A DNA stretch of 62,292 bases from an uncultured Pirellulaceae bacterium (GTDB lineage Bacteria > Planctomycetota > Planctomycetia > Pirellulales > Pirellulaceae). The DNA lies in the NCBI GenBank assembly GCA_964558755.1, contig CAZLFF010000009.1:1-62292 (forward strand), in the 5' to 3' direction. Shown piece by piece: positions 47,709 through 57,343 of this stretch. Every line of letters begins with the position of its first letter. The stretch's first letter is position 1. Under the pieces are notes generated by a model that made no database searches, was not told the origin of the DNA, and saw only the letters and a program-made list of their open reading frames with translations. The translations under genes were made by a program, and so were the position numbers.

Positions 47709-47736
47709 TTGACAGTCCGATCGACGGGGGTAAATT
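47709..47736 (+). promoter_or_regulatory. Putative sigma70 promoter of the Cys-rich protein gene
   Basis: TTGACA-N16-TAAATT; AGGAG RBS before ATG 47787. Confidence 0.45.
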
Positions 47737-47786
47737 TTCTCGCTCGCCAAGAGGTAAATTTCAACTGAGACATTTAGGAGACCCAG

Positions 47787-48398
47787 ATGAACCGTTTTTT
47801 CATGATGCTGGCTGCTGCTGCGATGGTAGTAGCAACCGTTGGCCAAGCTGAAGCTGGCCTGTTTGACCGAGGCTGCTGTGCAGCCCCTGCACCTGCTTGC
47901 TGCCCTGCCCCACGCGTGAGCCTTCGCGATCGTTTGGCTTGCCGTCCGAAGCGTGAGCGTTGCTGCCGTCCGCGCCCCGTTCGTTGCTGCAAGCCAGCTC
48001 CGGCACCTTGCTGCCCAGCACCGGCTCCAGCACCATGCTGCGAACCAGCTCCCGCGCCGGCACCATGCTGTGCTCCAGAGCCCGCACCAGCACCTTGCTG
48101 CGAGCCAGCTCCAGCGCCGGCACCATGCTGTGCTCCGGAACCCGCTCCTGCACCTTGCTGCGAGCCGGCCCCAGCTCCGGAACCATGCTGTGCCCCGGAA
48201 CCCGCTCCTGCACCTTGCTGCGAGCCAGCACCAGCACCAGCACCCTGCTGTGCCGCTGCACCTGCTCCAGAGCCTTGCTGTGCTCCAGCACCGACTTGTT
48301 GCCCAGCACCGCGTGTGAAGCGTTGCTGCCCACAGCCTCGTGTTCGTCGTTGCTGCACACCGCGTGTTCGCCTTCGTTCACGTTGCTGCTGCAACTAA
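47787..48398 (+). CDS. Secreted Cys/Pro-rich repeat protein
   Basis: Signal peptide ending AEA; 38 Cys, mostly CC doublets, separated by PAPAP-type spacers; has its own RBS and terminator. Confidence 0.85.
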   Translation: MNRFFMMLAAAAMVVATVGQAEAGLFDRGCCAAPAPACCPAPRVSLRDRLACRPKRERCCRPRPVRCCKPAPAPCCPAPAPAPCCEPAPAPAPCCAPEPAPAPCCEPAPAPAPCCAPEPAPAPCCEPAPAPEPCCAPEPAPAPCCEPAPAPAPCCAAAPAPEPCCAPAPTCCPAPRVKRCCPQPRVRRCCTPRVRLRSRCCCN

Positions 48399-48427
48399 GC
48401 TTGATCGCAAGATCGAACGAAACTCGG

Positions 48428-48464
48428 AAACCGAATCGGCATCCTGATGCTGGTTCGGTTTTTT
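48428..48464 (+). terminator. Intrinsic terminator
   Basis: AAACCGAATCGGCATC-CT-GATGCTGGTTCGGTTTTTT. Confidence 0.75.
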
Positions 48465-48502
48465 CGTAGACTTTTCAGTCTGCCCAATTTTGCTTGTTGA
48501 GC

Positions 48503-49501
48503 ATGAAGATGATCACACCCCATCAAACGACGCTCGGTCTTGGCCTTGCCGCACTCGGTCGCCCCGGTTACATCAACCTTGGCCACGCCAACGATCTGCA
48601 ACGCAACTACGACGTCGCCGCAATGCAGCAACGCGCGCACGAGGTGTTGGATGCTGCTTGGGCGAGTGGCATTCGGTACTTCGACGCCGCGCGGTCGTAC
48701 GGTCGAGCGGAACAGTTTTTGGCCGAGTGGCTGAAGTCGCGGCAGATTGATCGGGACGAGGTCACCGTTGGCAGCAAGTGGGGCTATACCTACACGGCCG
48801 ATTGGAACGTGACCCTGCCGGCGGGGCAAGCGCATGAGGTCAAGCAGCATTCGCTCGATCGCTTGAACGAGCAGCTGACCGAAAGCCAAGCGTTGCTGGG
48901 AGACCAGTTGAACCTGTACCAGATCCATTCCGCCACGCTCGAAAGTGGCGTGCTGAACAACGACGCAGTCTTGGCTCGGTTGGCACAGTTGCGCGATCAG
49001 GGCCTGCGTATCGGGCTATCGGTAAGTGGTATCGCTCAGGCGGAAGTGATTCGACGGGCAATCGATTGCGAACACGATGGTCGCCAAATTTTCTCTGCTG
49101 TCCAAGCCACGTGGAATTTGCTCGAACGCTCGGCCGGCCAAGCGTTGCAGCGAGCGAGTGACTGCGGCTGGAAGGTAATCGTCAAAGAGGGTGTTGCCAA
49201 CGGACGGCTGACCGAAAGAAACAACGAAGCCGATTTTGCAAACACCAGTCGACATTTGCGAACGCTTGCTGATCAGCATGAGGTGTCGATCGATGCCGTC
49301 GCACTCGCCGCCGTGCTAAAACAGCCGTGGTCCAGCATCGTCCTCAGCGGCGCCGCGTCATGTGAGCAGTTGGCTTCCAACGTGCGAGCATTGCAGTTGA
49401 CCGCGCGTATCAGCGCGGATGAAATCGAGCAGCTTGTTTCCGACATCGGCGAAACGCCCAGTGCCTACTGGCAAACAAGATCATCGCTGGCGTGGAATTA
49501 A
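48503..49501 (+). CDS. Aldo/keto reductase
   Basis: GIRYFDAARSYG, SKWG, LYQIHS, IGLS, Q..WNLL. Confidence 0.9.
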   Translation: MKMITPHQTTLGLGLAALGRPGYINLGHANDLQRNYDVAAMQQRAHEVLDAAWASGIRYFDAARSYGRAEQFLAEWLKSRQIDRDEVTVGSKWGYTYTADWNVTLPAGQAHEVKQHSLDRLNEQLTESQALLGDQLNLYQIHSATLESGVLNNDAVLARLAQLRDQGLRIGLSVSGIAQAEVIRRAIDCEHDGRQIFSAVQATWNLLERSAGQALQRASDCGWKVIVKEGVANGRLTERNNEADFANTSRHLRTLADQHEVSIDAVALAAVLKQPWSSIVLSGAASCEQLASNVRALQLTARISADEIEQLVSDIGETPSAYWQTRSSLAWN

Positions 49502-49592
49502 ACGGCCCGCTAGAAATCAAATTCTGCACCGAGTCAAGAAACCGTTTCGCTTATTAGAACCCTTCGCCCAATAGCAAGCCTTTGCTCAGGCG

Positions 49593-50861
49593 TCACTCGT
49601 CCAGCGTCGCGATATCACGCGGTAAATTGCGATCGACGATTCCCCACGCCCCGCGTCCGTTGCTATCGATTCGATCCTTTGTGTCGCGAGTGATTTTGCG
49701 GATGTCAGCTTTCCAGAACGACTCTTGGTCTTGGCGCGTTGCGGGAGCATCGAGCGGGCGGATGATTCGAAACCCGACGCCCAAGCCCGGCGAATCCGTG
49801 AACCACCACGGGCTCTTAGGGAAATTCGGATCCTCGAGCGACCAGTCCTTGTCGTGTGACGCCAGCCGCGCCGCGCTGCGACAGTCAGAGGCATCAAGCT
49901 CCCATGATCCACCGCGCAGGACGCGCGGGAATAGTTTCGTTGGTCGCAACCAAGCATCAGCGGCAGGTACTGCGGATAACTTCAAATCTGCCAAGCGCTG
50001 GTAACCATTGGTCGAATGAGCGTCCAACACCCATTCGGCGACGTTGCCATGCATGTCGTGCAGGCCCCAAGCGTTGGCGGGCAACTGACCGACCTCATGT
50101 CGCTCGTCGTCCGAGTTATCGGCGTACCAGCCGTGTGCAGCCAAGTCGTCTGGGTCGTCACCGAATGAAAACGCGGTTTGCGTTCCTGCCCGGCAAGCGT
50201 ACTCCCATTCTGCTTCGGTCGGCAGTCGATAGAAGCGCCCGGATATTAGGCTAAGCCACTTCGTGTACTGCTTGGCGGCGTATTGAGTCATTGTGGCCGC
50301 CGGTTGACGATCGCCCTCTCCTGCGTCGTACGTAAAATCCGGGTCGTACAAAACCGACGGCGCTGTGATCGCATCGATCTCGTTCTCAGTCGTGACCTTG
50401 CGCAAGCCTGCTTGTTGCAGTTGCTTGAACTGCTCGTCCAATTGCATGTACTGTCGGTATTCTGCCCAAGTGATTTCGAACTTGCCCATCCAAAACGGCT
50501 GAACCTGCACTGAGACCACGGGCCCCTCGTCCGAGCCGCGTTCCGACTGATCTTCCGGGCTGCCCAAGTAAAATGTGCCTCCCGGGATCGGCACCATTTC
50601 ATACGTCACGTCGGTGCCGGGGATGGTGGCCGTGTAAGGCACCATGAACGTTGCCTTCGGCCGCTCGCACGCAACGAACCGCCCGGACTCAGGCTGCGCG
50701 TCGGCCAAACCAACGGCAAGCTTGTGTGTTACGGTTTCAGCGTTATCAGCAGCATCCCCTACGCTCTGTTTGAGAGTCGCCGCCTGAGCTAAGACTGGCT
50801 GGGGCGTGAATGCCAGCGTCGGCAGCAACGCGAGGCAGAGCAGAATCAACAACCTAGTCAT
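49593..50861 (-). CDS. Secreted formylglycine-generating-enzyme (SUMF1/FGE-sulfatase) domain protein
   Basis: IPGGTFYLGS, RLPTEAEWEYACRAG, NAWGLHDMHGNVAEW, RGGSW, GFR; signal peptide from ATG 50861. Confidence 0.88.
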   Translation of the reverse strand: MTRLLILLCLALLPTLAFTPQPVLAQAATLKQSVGDAADNAETVTHKLAVGLADAQPESGRFVACERPKATFMVPYTATIPGTDVTYEMVPIPGGTFYLGSPEDQSERGSDEGPVVSVQVQPFWMGKFEITWAEYRQYMQLDEQFKQLQQAGLRKVTTENEIDAITAPSVLYDPDFTYDAGEGDRQPAATMTQYAAKQYTKWLSLISGRFYRLPTEAEWEYACRAGTQTAFSFGDDPDDLAAHGWYADNSDDERHEVGQLPANAWGLHDMHGNVAEWVLDAHSTNGYQRLADLKLSAVPAADAWLRPTKLFPRVLRGGSWELDASDCRSAARLASHDKDWSLEDPNFPKSPWWFTDSPGLGVGFRIIRPLDAPATRQDQESFWKADIRKITRDTKDRIDSNGRGAWGIVDRNLPRDIATLDE

Positions 50862-51066
50862 GAACAGGCGGGGAAGGTTTTGGTGGGGGAAGGTCATCAA
50901 TGTTGTTTTGAGAGTAAGCATGGTTTCTTTAACCCAGATGCTGAGGTGGGGGCTCGGTCTTTGCGGGTATCGAAACCGGATGCCGAAAATGGTAGCCTAT
51001 CGACCTTTGAAAAACAGCGTCGGCTACGATGCTGCTGCCCCAATTTCCCGCTAGTCAGGAACTACG

Positions 51067-51378
51067 ATGGCCACTGAAGAAACTCAATCGTCCGCTCAGC
51101 GTCCGATCTCGGTCGACGAATCCAAAGCGGTTTGCTGCTACGCTAACTTCTGTCGCGTGACTGGCTCGCCCGAGGAGTTGATTGTGGACTTTGGCTTGAA
51201 CGGCCAGCCAATGGGTAGCAACGAAAAGCCGGTTGAGATCAATCAGCGAATCGTATTGAACTTTTACACGGCCAAGCGTTTGCTGCATGCGTTGCATATC
51301 TCGGTGCAGCGGCATGAGGAGGTTTTCGGCCCGATTGAAACGGATATCAACAAGCGAGTGGTCGGCAAAGAAAGTTAG
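51067..51378 (+). CDS. DUF3467 domain protein
   Basis: YANFCRVTGSPEELIVDFG...RIVL...AKRL...E..FG.IE. Confidence 0.8.
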   Translation: MATEETQSSAQRPISVDESKAVCCYANFCRVTGSPEELIVDFGLNGQPMGSNEKPVEINQRIVLNFYTAKRLLHALHISVQRHEEVFGPIETDINKRVVGKES

Positions 51379-51445
51379 ATGCTCGGTCGAGACCAAATTT
51401 TTAAGAACGTGAAACTACCTTTAACGATAGAGACCTACCAACACG

Positions 51446-52630
51446 ATGGCTAAGAAAACAATTGATGCAGTGGATGTTGCCGGTAAAAAAGTCTTCATGC
51501 GAGTAGATTTTAATGTGCCGCTGGATGATGATCTGAACATCACTGACGATCGCCGCATCGAAATGGCGCTACCGAGTATCAAGTCGGTGATTGACCGTGG
51601 CGGTCGTTTGATTTTGGCCAGCCACCTAGGACGCCCTAAAGGGGAAGCCAATCCCAAGTTCAGTCTGGCTCCTGCTGCCAAACGGTTGTCAGAGATTTTA
51701 GGCAAAGAAGTCGCGTTTGCAGCGGACACGGTTGGCCCCGACGCGGCTGCCAAAGTCGCCGCCCTTGGGGATGGCGATGTGTTGCTGCTAGAGAATCTGC
51801 GTTTCGATAGTCGCGAGAAACACGGTGACGAAGCCTTTTCTGCGCAGCTGGCCGAGTTTGCGGACGTTTATTGCAACAACGCGTTCGGTACCTGTCACCG
51901 CGAGCACGCGTCGATGTACGGCGTCCCGCGAGCAATGGGCGACAAGCCAAAGGTGGTCGGTTCGCTGGTCGAGAAAGAAATCAAGTATCTGACCGACGTG
52001 ATCGAATCTCCCGAGCGTCCCTTTGTTGCGATTTTGGGTGGTGCGAAGGTTTCGGACAAAATCAAAGTGATCGACAACTTGCTGGGTGTCTGCGACAGAG
52101 TCATCATTGGCGGCGCGATGGCTTACACGTTCTCGCTGGCGCAGGGTGGCAAGGTTGGCGACAGTTTGGTCGAGAAGGATAAAGTCGAGTTGGCGAAGTC
52201 GCTCATGGAAAAGGCTGGCGACAAGCTAGTGCTTCCGATCGATACCCACTGTGGCGATGACTTCAACAAAGACTGTAACAAGCAGGTGGTGGCCGCCGGA
52301 GAGATCGCGGACGGTTTTGAGGGCTTGGATATCGGCCCAGAGTCGGCCAAAAAGTTTGCGGAGATCGTCAAAGGAGCGAAAACCGTGGTCTGGAACGGTC
52401 CGATGGGCGTGTTCGAAATGCCTCCGTTCGACGAAGGCACGAAAACAGTGGCTCAAGCGATCGCCGATGGCAATGGAGTCAGCATCATCGGCGGTGGTGA
52501 CAGTGCGGCGGCGGTTGCCCAGCTGGGCTTCGAAGACCAAGTGACCCACGTCAGCACCGGCGGTGGTGCGAGCCTAGCGATGCTCGAAGGGGAAAAGTTT
52601 GCGGCCGTCGAAATCTTGGACGACGCTTAG
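51446..52630 (+). CDS. pgk: Phosphoglycerate kinase
   Basis: [50 protein letters not shown]. Confidence 0.97.
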   Translation: MAKKTIDAVDVAGKKVFMRVDFNVPLDDDLNITDDRRIEMALPSIKSVIDRGGRLILASHLGRPKGEANPKFSLAPAAKRLSEILGKEVAFAADTVGPDAAAKVAALGDGDVLLLENLRFDSREKHGDEAFSAQLAEFADVYCNNAFGTCHREHASMYGVPRAMGDKPKVVGSLVEKEIKYLTDVIESPERPFVAILGGAKVSDKIKVIDNLLGVCDRVIIGGAMAYTFSLAQGGKVGDSLVEKDKVELAKSLMEKAGDKLVLPIDTHCGDDFNKDCNKQVVAAGEIADGFEGLDIGPESAKKFAEIVKGAKTVVWNGPMGVFEMPPFDEGTKTVAQAIADGNGVSIIGGGDSAAAVAQLGFEDQVTHVSTGGGASLAMLEGEKFAAVEILDDA

Positions 52631-52904
52631 TTCTCCTGCTACCAAACCGCCGAGCCCAGATTGGCTCCCGAAAGCATGGGCGTTTGGCAAGCGTGTGCGT
52701 TTTTTCGCGTTTTTCTTGCGTTTAGGGGGTCAGTTGGTTGATTTCTGGCGCGTGGGGCTTGGGTTGCCTCTCTTGCCAGCATGTAAGAACTGGCGTTGAA
52801 GCGATCTTTGGCATCCTGTTACTGTCCGCCCGGAACGCGGCGGTTTGCTGGCACAGGACGTGCCCCACCGCTCGCGCGAGAACATTCAGATCAAGGAAGA
52901 TCTC

Positions 52905-53525
52905 ATGCGCCTGACTCAGTTTTTTGCTACCCGGTGTTTACCGGCCATCGCGATGCTGCTCGCCGCCGTCGCAACCCTGTCCGCCCAAGGCCAGCTCCGG
53001 GTCGCCGAATCCCCGCAGAAGCGAGCGTTGGATCAGTTGGATCAGCTTCAGGCCGTCAAGCCGGCTGCTCCCTACAAGGTTAGCTCTCGCTTTCATTTAA
53101 TGGAGGGCACGGCCAGCGGTTACTTGGTCGTTCAGTTTGAGCTACCGCGTGGAAGTTACATTTACTCGATGAATCAGGGCGGTGCGATCCGGCCGACCAA
53201 GATCTCGGTTACCGAATCAGATGCGTTTGTCATTGACGGCAAGTTCACACCCGACAAACCTGCTGAGGTCATCGAGCAGGATCCAATTTTTCAGCAACGA
53301 GTTGAAAAGCATAAAGGCAAGGTTCAGTTTTTCGTGCCTGTGAAGTTCAACGACGTTGCGGCCGCGACCTCAACCACGCCGGAAATAACAATCAACGGCC
53401 AAGTTTGTTCTGACGCTGGCGTTTGCCTGCCGTTGCGAGACAAGCAAGTGACAGCAACGTTCGGAGGGTTCTTTGGCCGTACCGTCGAGGCTCCTGAGGC
53501 TCCCGATTCTCCAGTGGTTCGGTGA
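52905..53525 (+). CDS. Secreted DsbD N-terminal (alpha)-like domain protein
   Basis: Signal peptide; YIYS, PTKI, GQVCSDAGVCLP dithiol. Confidence 0.7.
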   Translation: MRLTQFFATRCLPAIAMLLAAVATLSAQGQLRVAESPQKRALDQLDQLQAVKPAAPYKVSSRFHLMEGTASGYLVVQFELPRGSYIYSMNQGGAIRPTKISVTESDAFVIDGKFTPDKPAEVIEQDPIFQQRVEKHKGKVQFFVPVKFNDVAAATSTTPEITINGQVCSDAGVCLPLRDKQVTATFGGFFGRTVEAPEAPDSPVVR

Positions 53526-53611
53526 TCTTCAGAACGCCATTTGGTGAACCAGAACACGGTTGGCATGAGGGGAAATGTGATTGCTGCGGGAATCCGCCGT
53601 CGCTGAAATTC

Positions 53612-53629
53612 CTAGGTAAGTTTACCTAG
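53612..53629. promoter_or_regulatory. Perfect inverted repeat, operator candidate upstream of dsbD
   Basis: CTAGGTAA-GT-TTACCTAG. Confidence 0.35.
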
Positions 53630-53754
53630 CGTGGAACCTCTAATTGTCCAACGATACAATAAATGACTGGGAGTGGCCGTGACGGACCGTTCCTGGTTTC
53701 ATATCGTCACCGTTTCTGAATCTGTCGTATTCTCGCATTAAGAGCGTTACTACT

Positions 53755-55842
53755 ATGTTTGCCTCGGCTCATCCAAGACGCGTGAGTTGGACGCCAGTTG
53801 CTTGCTTTGGAAGTTTCCGGCCGGTCCTGATCGCCACCATGGCACTGATCGCGTTCGGTTGTTTGGCCGATGTTTCGGCTCAGCAGATTGAGTTCAAGCC
53901 TAGTAAGCGAAAGTCGTTGGGCGGTTCTTTGAGCGGACGTTTGGGGAGTTCCCCCGCCGACGCGGATGACCCGGTAACAGTTTCGGCAACGTTCAAAGTT
54001 CATGCTGAATCAAGCACGGGCACGCTTGCCGTCACCGCTAAGATTCAGCCGACCTGGCACATCAATTCGATCACTCAACCGCCCGGTGCCGTCCCGACAA
54101 AGATCTCTTTGGGCGACGGGTCCACGGTGGAACTGGCGGGCAGTTTCAAGCCTGATCGTGAGCCACACTCGGTTAAGCTACCCGTGGGGACCATTGCGGA
54201 ACAGCACGAGGGATCCGTCACGTGGACTGCTCCGATCCGCTTGGAAACTGGATCCGATCCAGAAGACGTGAAGCTCCCCATCAAGTTTTACTATCAGGCC
54301 TGTGCCAATCAGTGTCTATTGCCAACCACGGCGACCGTCGATGCGAGCTATGACGGTGAGCTAAACGAGCCCTCTGTCGCGATGGTTCCAACGCGCGATT
54401 CGAACGATTCGGCCCCGTCAGATGATGTGGTTGTTGAGGGTGAAATTCGCGAACATGTCCGGACGCACGAAGAAATCGCGGAGATGGCTTCGCATTATAA
54501 TCCGGAATCTAAAATCAACTACGTGCCGCTGTACGAGAAAGCGGAGACGACGCTTTTTACCGCCATCATTGGCGCGTTCGTCGGAGGTTTCTTGTTGAAC
54601 CTAATGCCTTGCGTGTTTCCGGTGCTGGGGATCAAAGTCATGGGCTTCGTCGAGCAGGCCGGCAGTTCGGCAGCCAAGGTGCGACTGCATGGGCTCGCGT
54701 TTACCGCGGGGTTAGTTGTGTCAATGTGGGCTCTCGCGGGCTTCATCTTGTTCGTCAAGTTGTCGCTAGGGCAAGAAGTCAATTGGGGGCAACAGATGGG
54801 TAGCCCGTACTTTGTAGCGGCCATCATTGTGTTGTTATTCCTGATGGGATTGAACATGGCGGGCGTGTTCGAGTTCGGCACGTCGATGACTCGGCTCGGG
54901 GGAACCGTCCAAAACAAGAAAGGCTACAGTGCCTCGTTCCTGTCCGGTATCCTTACGACTTTGATCGCAACGCCGTGCTCTGGTCCGTTCCTAGGCGCCG
55001 CCATGGGCTACACGTTGGCTCAGCCGCCCGGGATCGCAATGCTCTTGTTCACTGTATTGGCACTGGGCATTGCTGCTCCGTACTTGCTGCTGTCAATGTT
55101 CCCTGCGTTCATTAATGCGTTGCCGCGTCCTGGCGCTTGGATGGAGACATTTAAGGTAACCATGGCGTTTCTGATTTTCGCAGCAGTCGCCTTTTTCATG
55201 CGAACCTTCGGTGGACAGACGGGTGTCGAAGGCCTGTCGTGGTTGCTGATGGGGTTGGTTGTCATCGGATTGGCAGCATATTTCTACGGCCACTACGGCC
55301 AACCTCACCTGACGATGAAAACGCGTCGCATTGGCGGCATCGTGGTTCCGCTGGCGATCGCCTGTGCTGGCGTATGGCTGATTGGTGCAGCCGCAGCGAA
55401 TGTAAATGACTCGGTTGATCACGGAGCGTTTGTTGAGTGGACGCCGGGGATCGTTGAGTACCAAACGTCACAGAACAATCGACCGGTGCTGGTCGACTAC
55501 ACCGCCGAGTGGTGTGCAACGTGTCAGGTCAACGAACAGCGTGTGTTCACCAACGAGCTGGTTAAGCAAAAGCTCAATCGATTGGGCGTTTTGATCGTCG
55601 CAGCCGACATGACGATCACGGACGAGTCGCAGGAGATCACGGCCGACCTCGCGCGAGCCGACCGCAGTACGATTTCGACCTACCTGCTGTACCCGGCAAA
55701 CTACCCAGCCGAACCGGCGATCTTAATGGAGGAGCTGATCAGCCCGGATGACGTGCTAAAGGCGCTCAAGCGAATCACTCCGAAAGAGAAACCACAGGTT
55801 GCCGGCAAATCAACGAACGAACGAGTCGTCGCAGGGATGTAG
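53755..55842 (+). CDS. dsbD: Thiol:disulfide interchange protein (alpha domain, membrane domain, thioredoxin domain)
   Basis: QACANQCLLP, LNLMPCVFP, ATPCSGP, LPRPGAWM, AEWCATC. Confidence 0.88.
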   Translation: MFASAHPRRVSWTPVACFGSFRPVLIATMALIAFGCLADVSAQQIEFKPSKRKSLGGSLSGRLGSSPADADDPVTVSATFKVHAESSTGTLAVTAKIQPTWHINSITQPPGAVPTKISLGDGSTVELAGSFKPDREPHSVKLPVGTIAEQHEGSVTWTAPIRLETGSDPEDVKLPIKFYYQACANQCLLPTTATVDASYDGELNEPSVAMVPTRDSNDSAPSDDVVVEGEIREHVRTHEEIAEMASHYNPESKINYVPLYEKAETTLFTAIIGAFVGGFLLNLMPCVFPVLGIKVMGFVEQAGSSAAKVRLHGLAFTAGLVVSMWALAGFILFVKLSLGQEVNWGQQMGSPYFVAAIIVLLFLMGLNMAGVFEFGTSMTRLGGTVQNKKGYSASFLSGILTTLIATPCSGPFLGAAMGYTLAQPPGIAMLLFTVLALGIAAPYLLLSMFPAFINALPRPGAWMETFKVTMAFLIFAAVAFFMRTFGGQTGVEGLSWLLMGLVVIGLAAYFYGHYGQPHLTMKTRRIGGIVVPLAIACAGVWLIGAAAANVNDSVDHGAFVEWTPGIVEYQTSQNNRPVLVDYTAEWCATCQVNEQRVFTNELVKQKLNRLGVLIVAADMTITDESQEITADLARADRSTISTYLLYPANYPAEPAILMEELISPDDVLKALKRITPKEKPQVAGKSTNERVVAGM

Positions 55843-55862
55843 ACGGCGCGAGCCTAGCTTTG

Positions 55863-56942
55863 CTACCGGTTGTGGACGGTGACGGACTTCGCCGTTTTGT
55901 CCGCATGAGCCTTCACTTCACCAATGATTTGGCAGTGGTGCCCAGCTGACGTCAACATTCGGCACACGCTTTCCGCGTAGTACGGCGCGACGATCATGGC
56001 GATGCCGAGTCCCATGTTGAATACGCGATACATCTCGTCCGTGTCCACCTTGCCTGTGTCTTGCAGCCAGTTGAATATCTCAGGCCGCTGCCAGGTGTTC
56101 GCGTCGAGGTCAATATGAATGCCCGACGGTGTGATGCGTTCGATGTTCTCCGCCAAACCGCCGCCGGTGATATGAGCGATTCCGTGGACGACGTTTTTGA
56201 CTTTGTAGTGAGACAAGACCTGGCGGATCGCTCGAGTGTAGATCAGCGTCGGCTCGATTAGTGAGTCGCCAATCGTTTGATCCGTCCCGTCCAGCATGTC
56301 ACTCGGTTCCTTGCCCGCCACGTCGAACGCGATCTTGCGGACCAAGCTGAAACCGTTTGAGTGAACGCCCGAAGAATTGATTCCGATGACCACATCATCG
56401 GCCGCGATATTCCGCCCGTCGATCAGGTGCTTCTTCTCGACCACGCCTACGCAAAAACCAGCCAAGTCGTAGTCGCCCCGCGTGTATAGGTCGGGCATGA
56501 TCGCCGTCTCGCCACCCAGCAATGCACAGTCGGCTTGCAAACAACCGTCACTGATCCCTTGCACAATTTGTTCTAGGCGAACAGGATCATCGTGCGACAT
56601 CGCAACGTAATCCAAAAAAAACAACGGCTCCGCGCCGCAGCAAATCGCATCGTTTACGCACATCGCGACTAGGTCGATGCCGACGGTATGGTGACGGTCC
56701 ATCATTTGAGCCAGCTTTAGTTTGGTGCCCACACCGTCAGTGCAAGCCACCATCATGGGCTCTTCGTAATTCCGGCGGAACAATTGGTTCCCAAAATCCA
56801 ACTGAAACAGTCCGGCAAAGCCACCGTCCAGCTTTTGGACTCGCGGCGAAAACGTGCGATGCATCAGACTCGGCAGACGCTTCATCGCCTCGTTGTAAAC
56901 ATCAAGATCAACGCCAGAATCTTTGTACGAAACGCCTGTCAT
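55863..56942 (-). CDS. purM: Phosphoribosylformylglycinamidine cyclo-ligase
   Basis: [48 protein letters not shown]. Confidence 0.96.
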   Translation of the reverse strand: MTGVSYKDSGVDLDVYNEAMKRLPSLMHRTFSPRVQKLDGGFAGLFQLDFGNQLFRRNYEEPMMVACTDGVGTKLKLAQMMDRHHTVGIDLVAMCVNDAICCGAEPLFFLDYVAMSHDDPVRLEQIVQGISDGCLQADCALLGGETAIMPDLYTRGDYDLAGFCVGVVEKKHLIDGRNIAADDVVIGINSSGVHSNGFSLVRKIAFDVAGKEPSDMLDGTDQTIGDSLIEPTLIYTRAIRQVLSHYKVKNVVHGIAHITGGGLAENIERITPSGIHIDLDANTWQRPEIFNWLQDTGKVDTDEMYRVFNMGLGIAMIVAPYYAESVCRMLTSAGHHCQIIGEVKAHADKTAKSVTVHNR

Positions 56943-57343
56943 AGTCAGCCGGAATATCAAGTGGACACGGTGGTTGGCTCGGACGCACCGCCCGAATGAT
57001 TAGTGTCCTGAAATCGGTCGAGTCGGGCAACCGGCCCGCGGGGCTGATACGAAAACTGCTGAAATAGTTTGCACGTGGAAGGCAGCCGATTTCTGAGGGT
57101 TTGATAGCAATGGGATAATGCCCGTTTAGTCTCCGTAACCCGGGATTACCGGATCACCCATCCATCCTCGTGTCCGAAACCGGTCGAAATACAGCTCGGC
57201 CCGGTTTTTGCCGATGTAGTCAGCTATATTTCCGCGGACAGATGTGGGGTTCTTTGGCCTCACTCTGCCCGCCGATCCCTCGAATTTGCCGGTCAAATTT
57301 GGGGACAAACTCTACTGGGATTGTCGGTTACGAGATTTAGAAC

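Noticed and set aside
47774-48394. Silk-like GAGAGSQ ORF on the minus strand and other-frame repeat ORFs
   Set aside because: These are shadows of the Cys/Pro repeat gene, which has the signal peptide, RBS and terminator
53523-53525. TGA stop of the DsbD-alpha gene as a second Sec codon
   Set aside because: The downstream dsbD is out of frame, another stop follows within about 30 codons, and there is no SECIS-like hairpin
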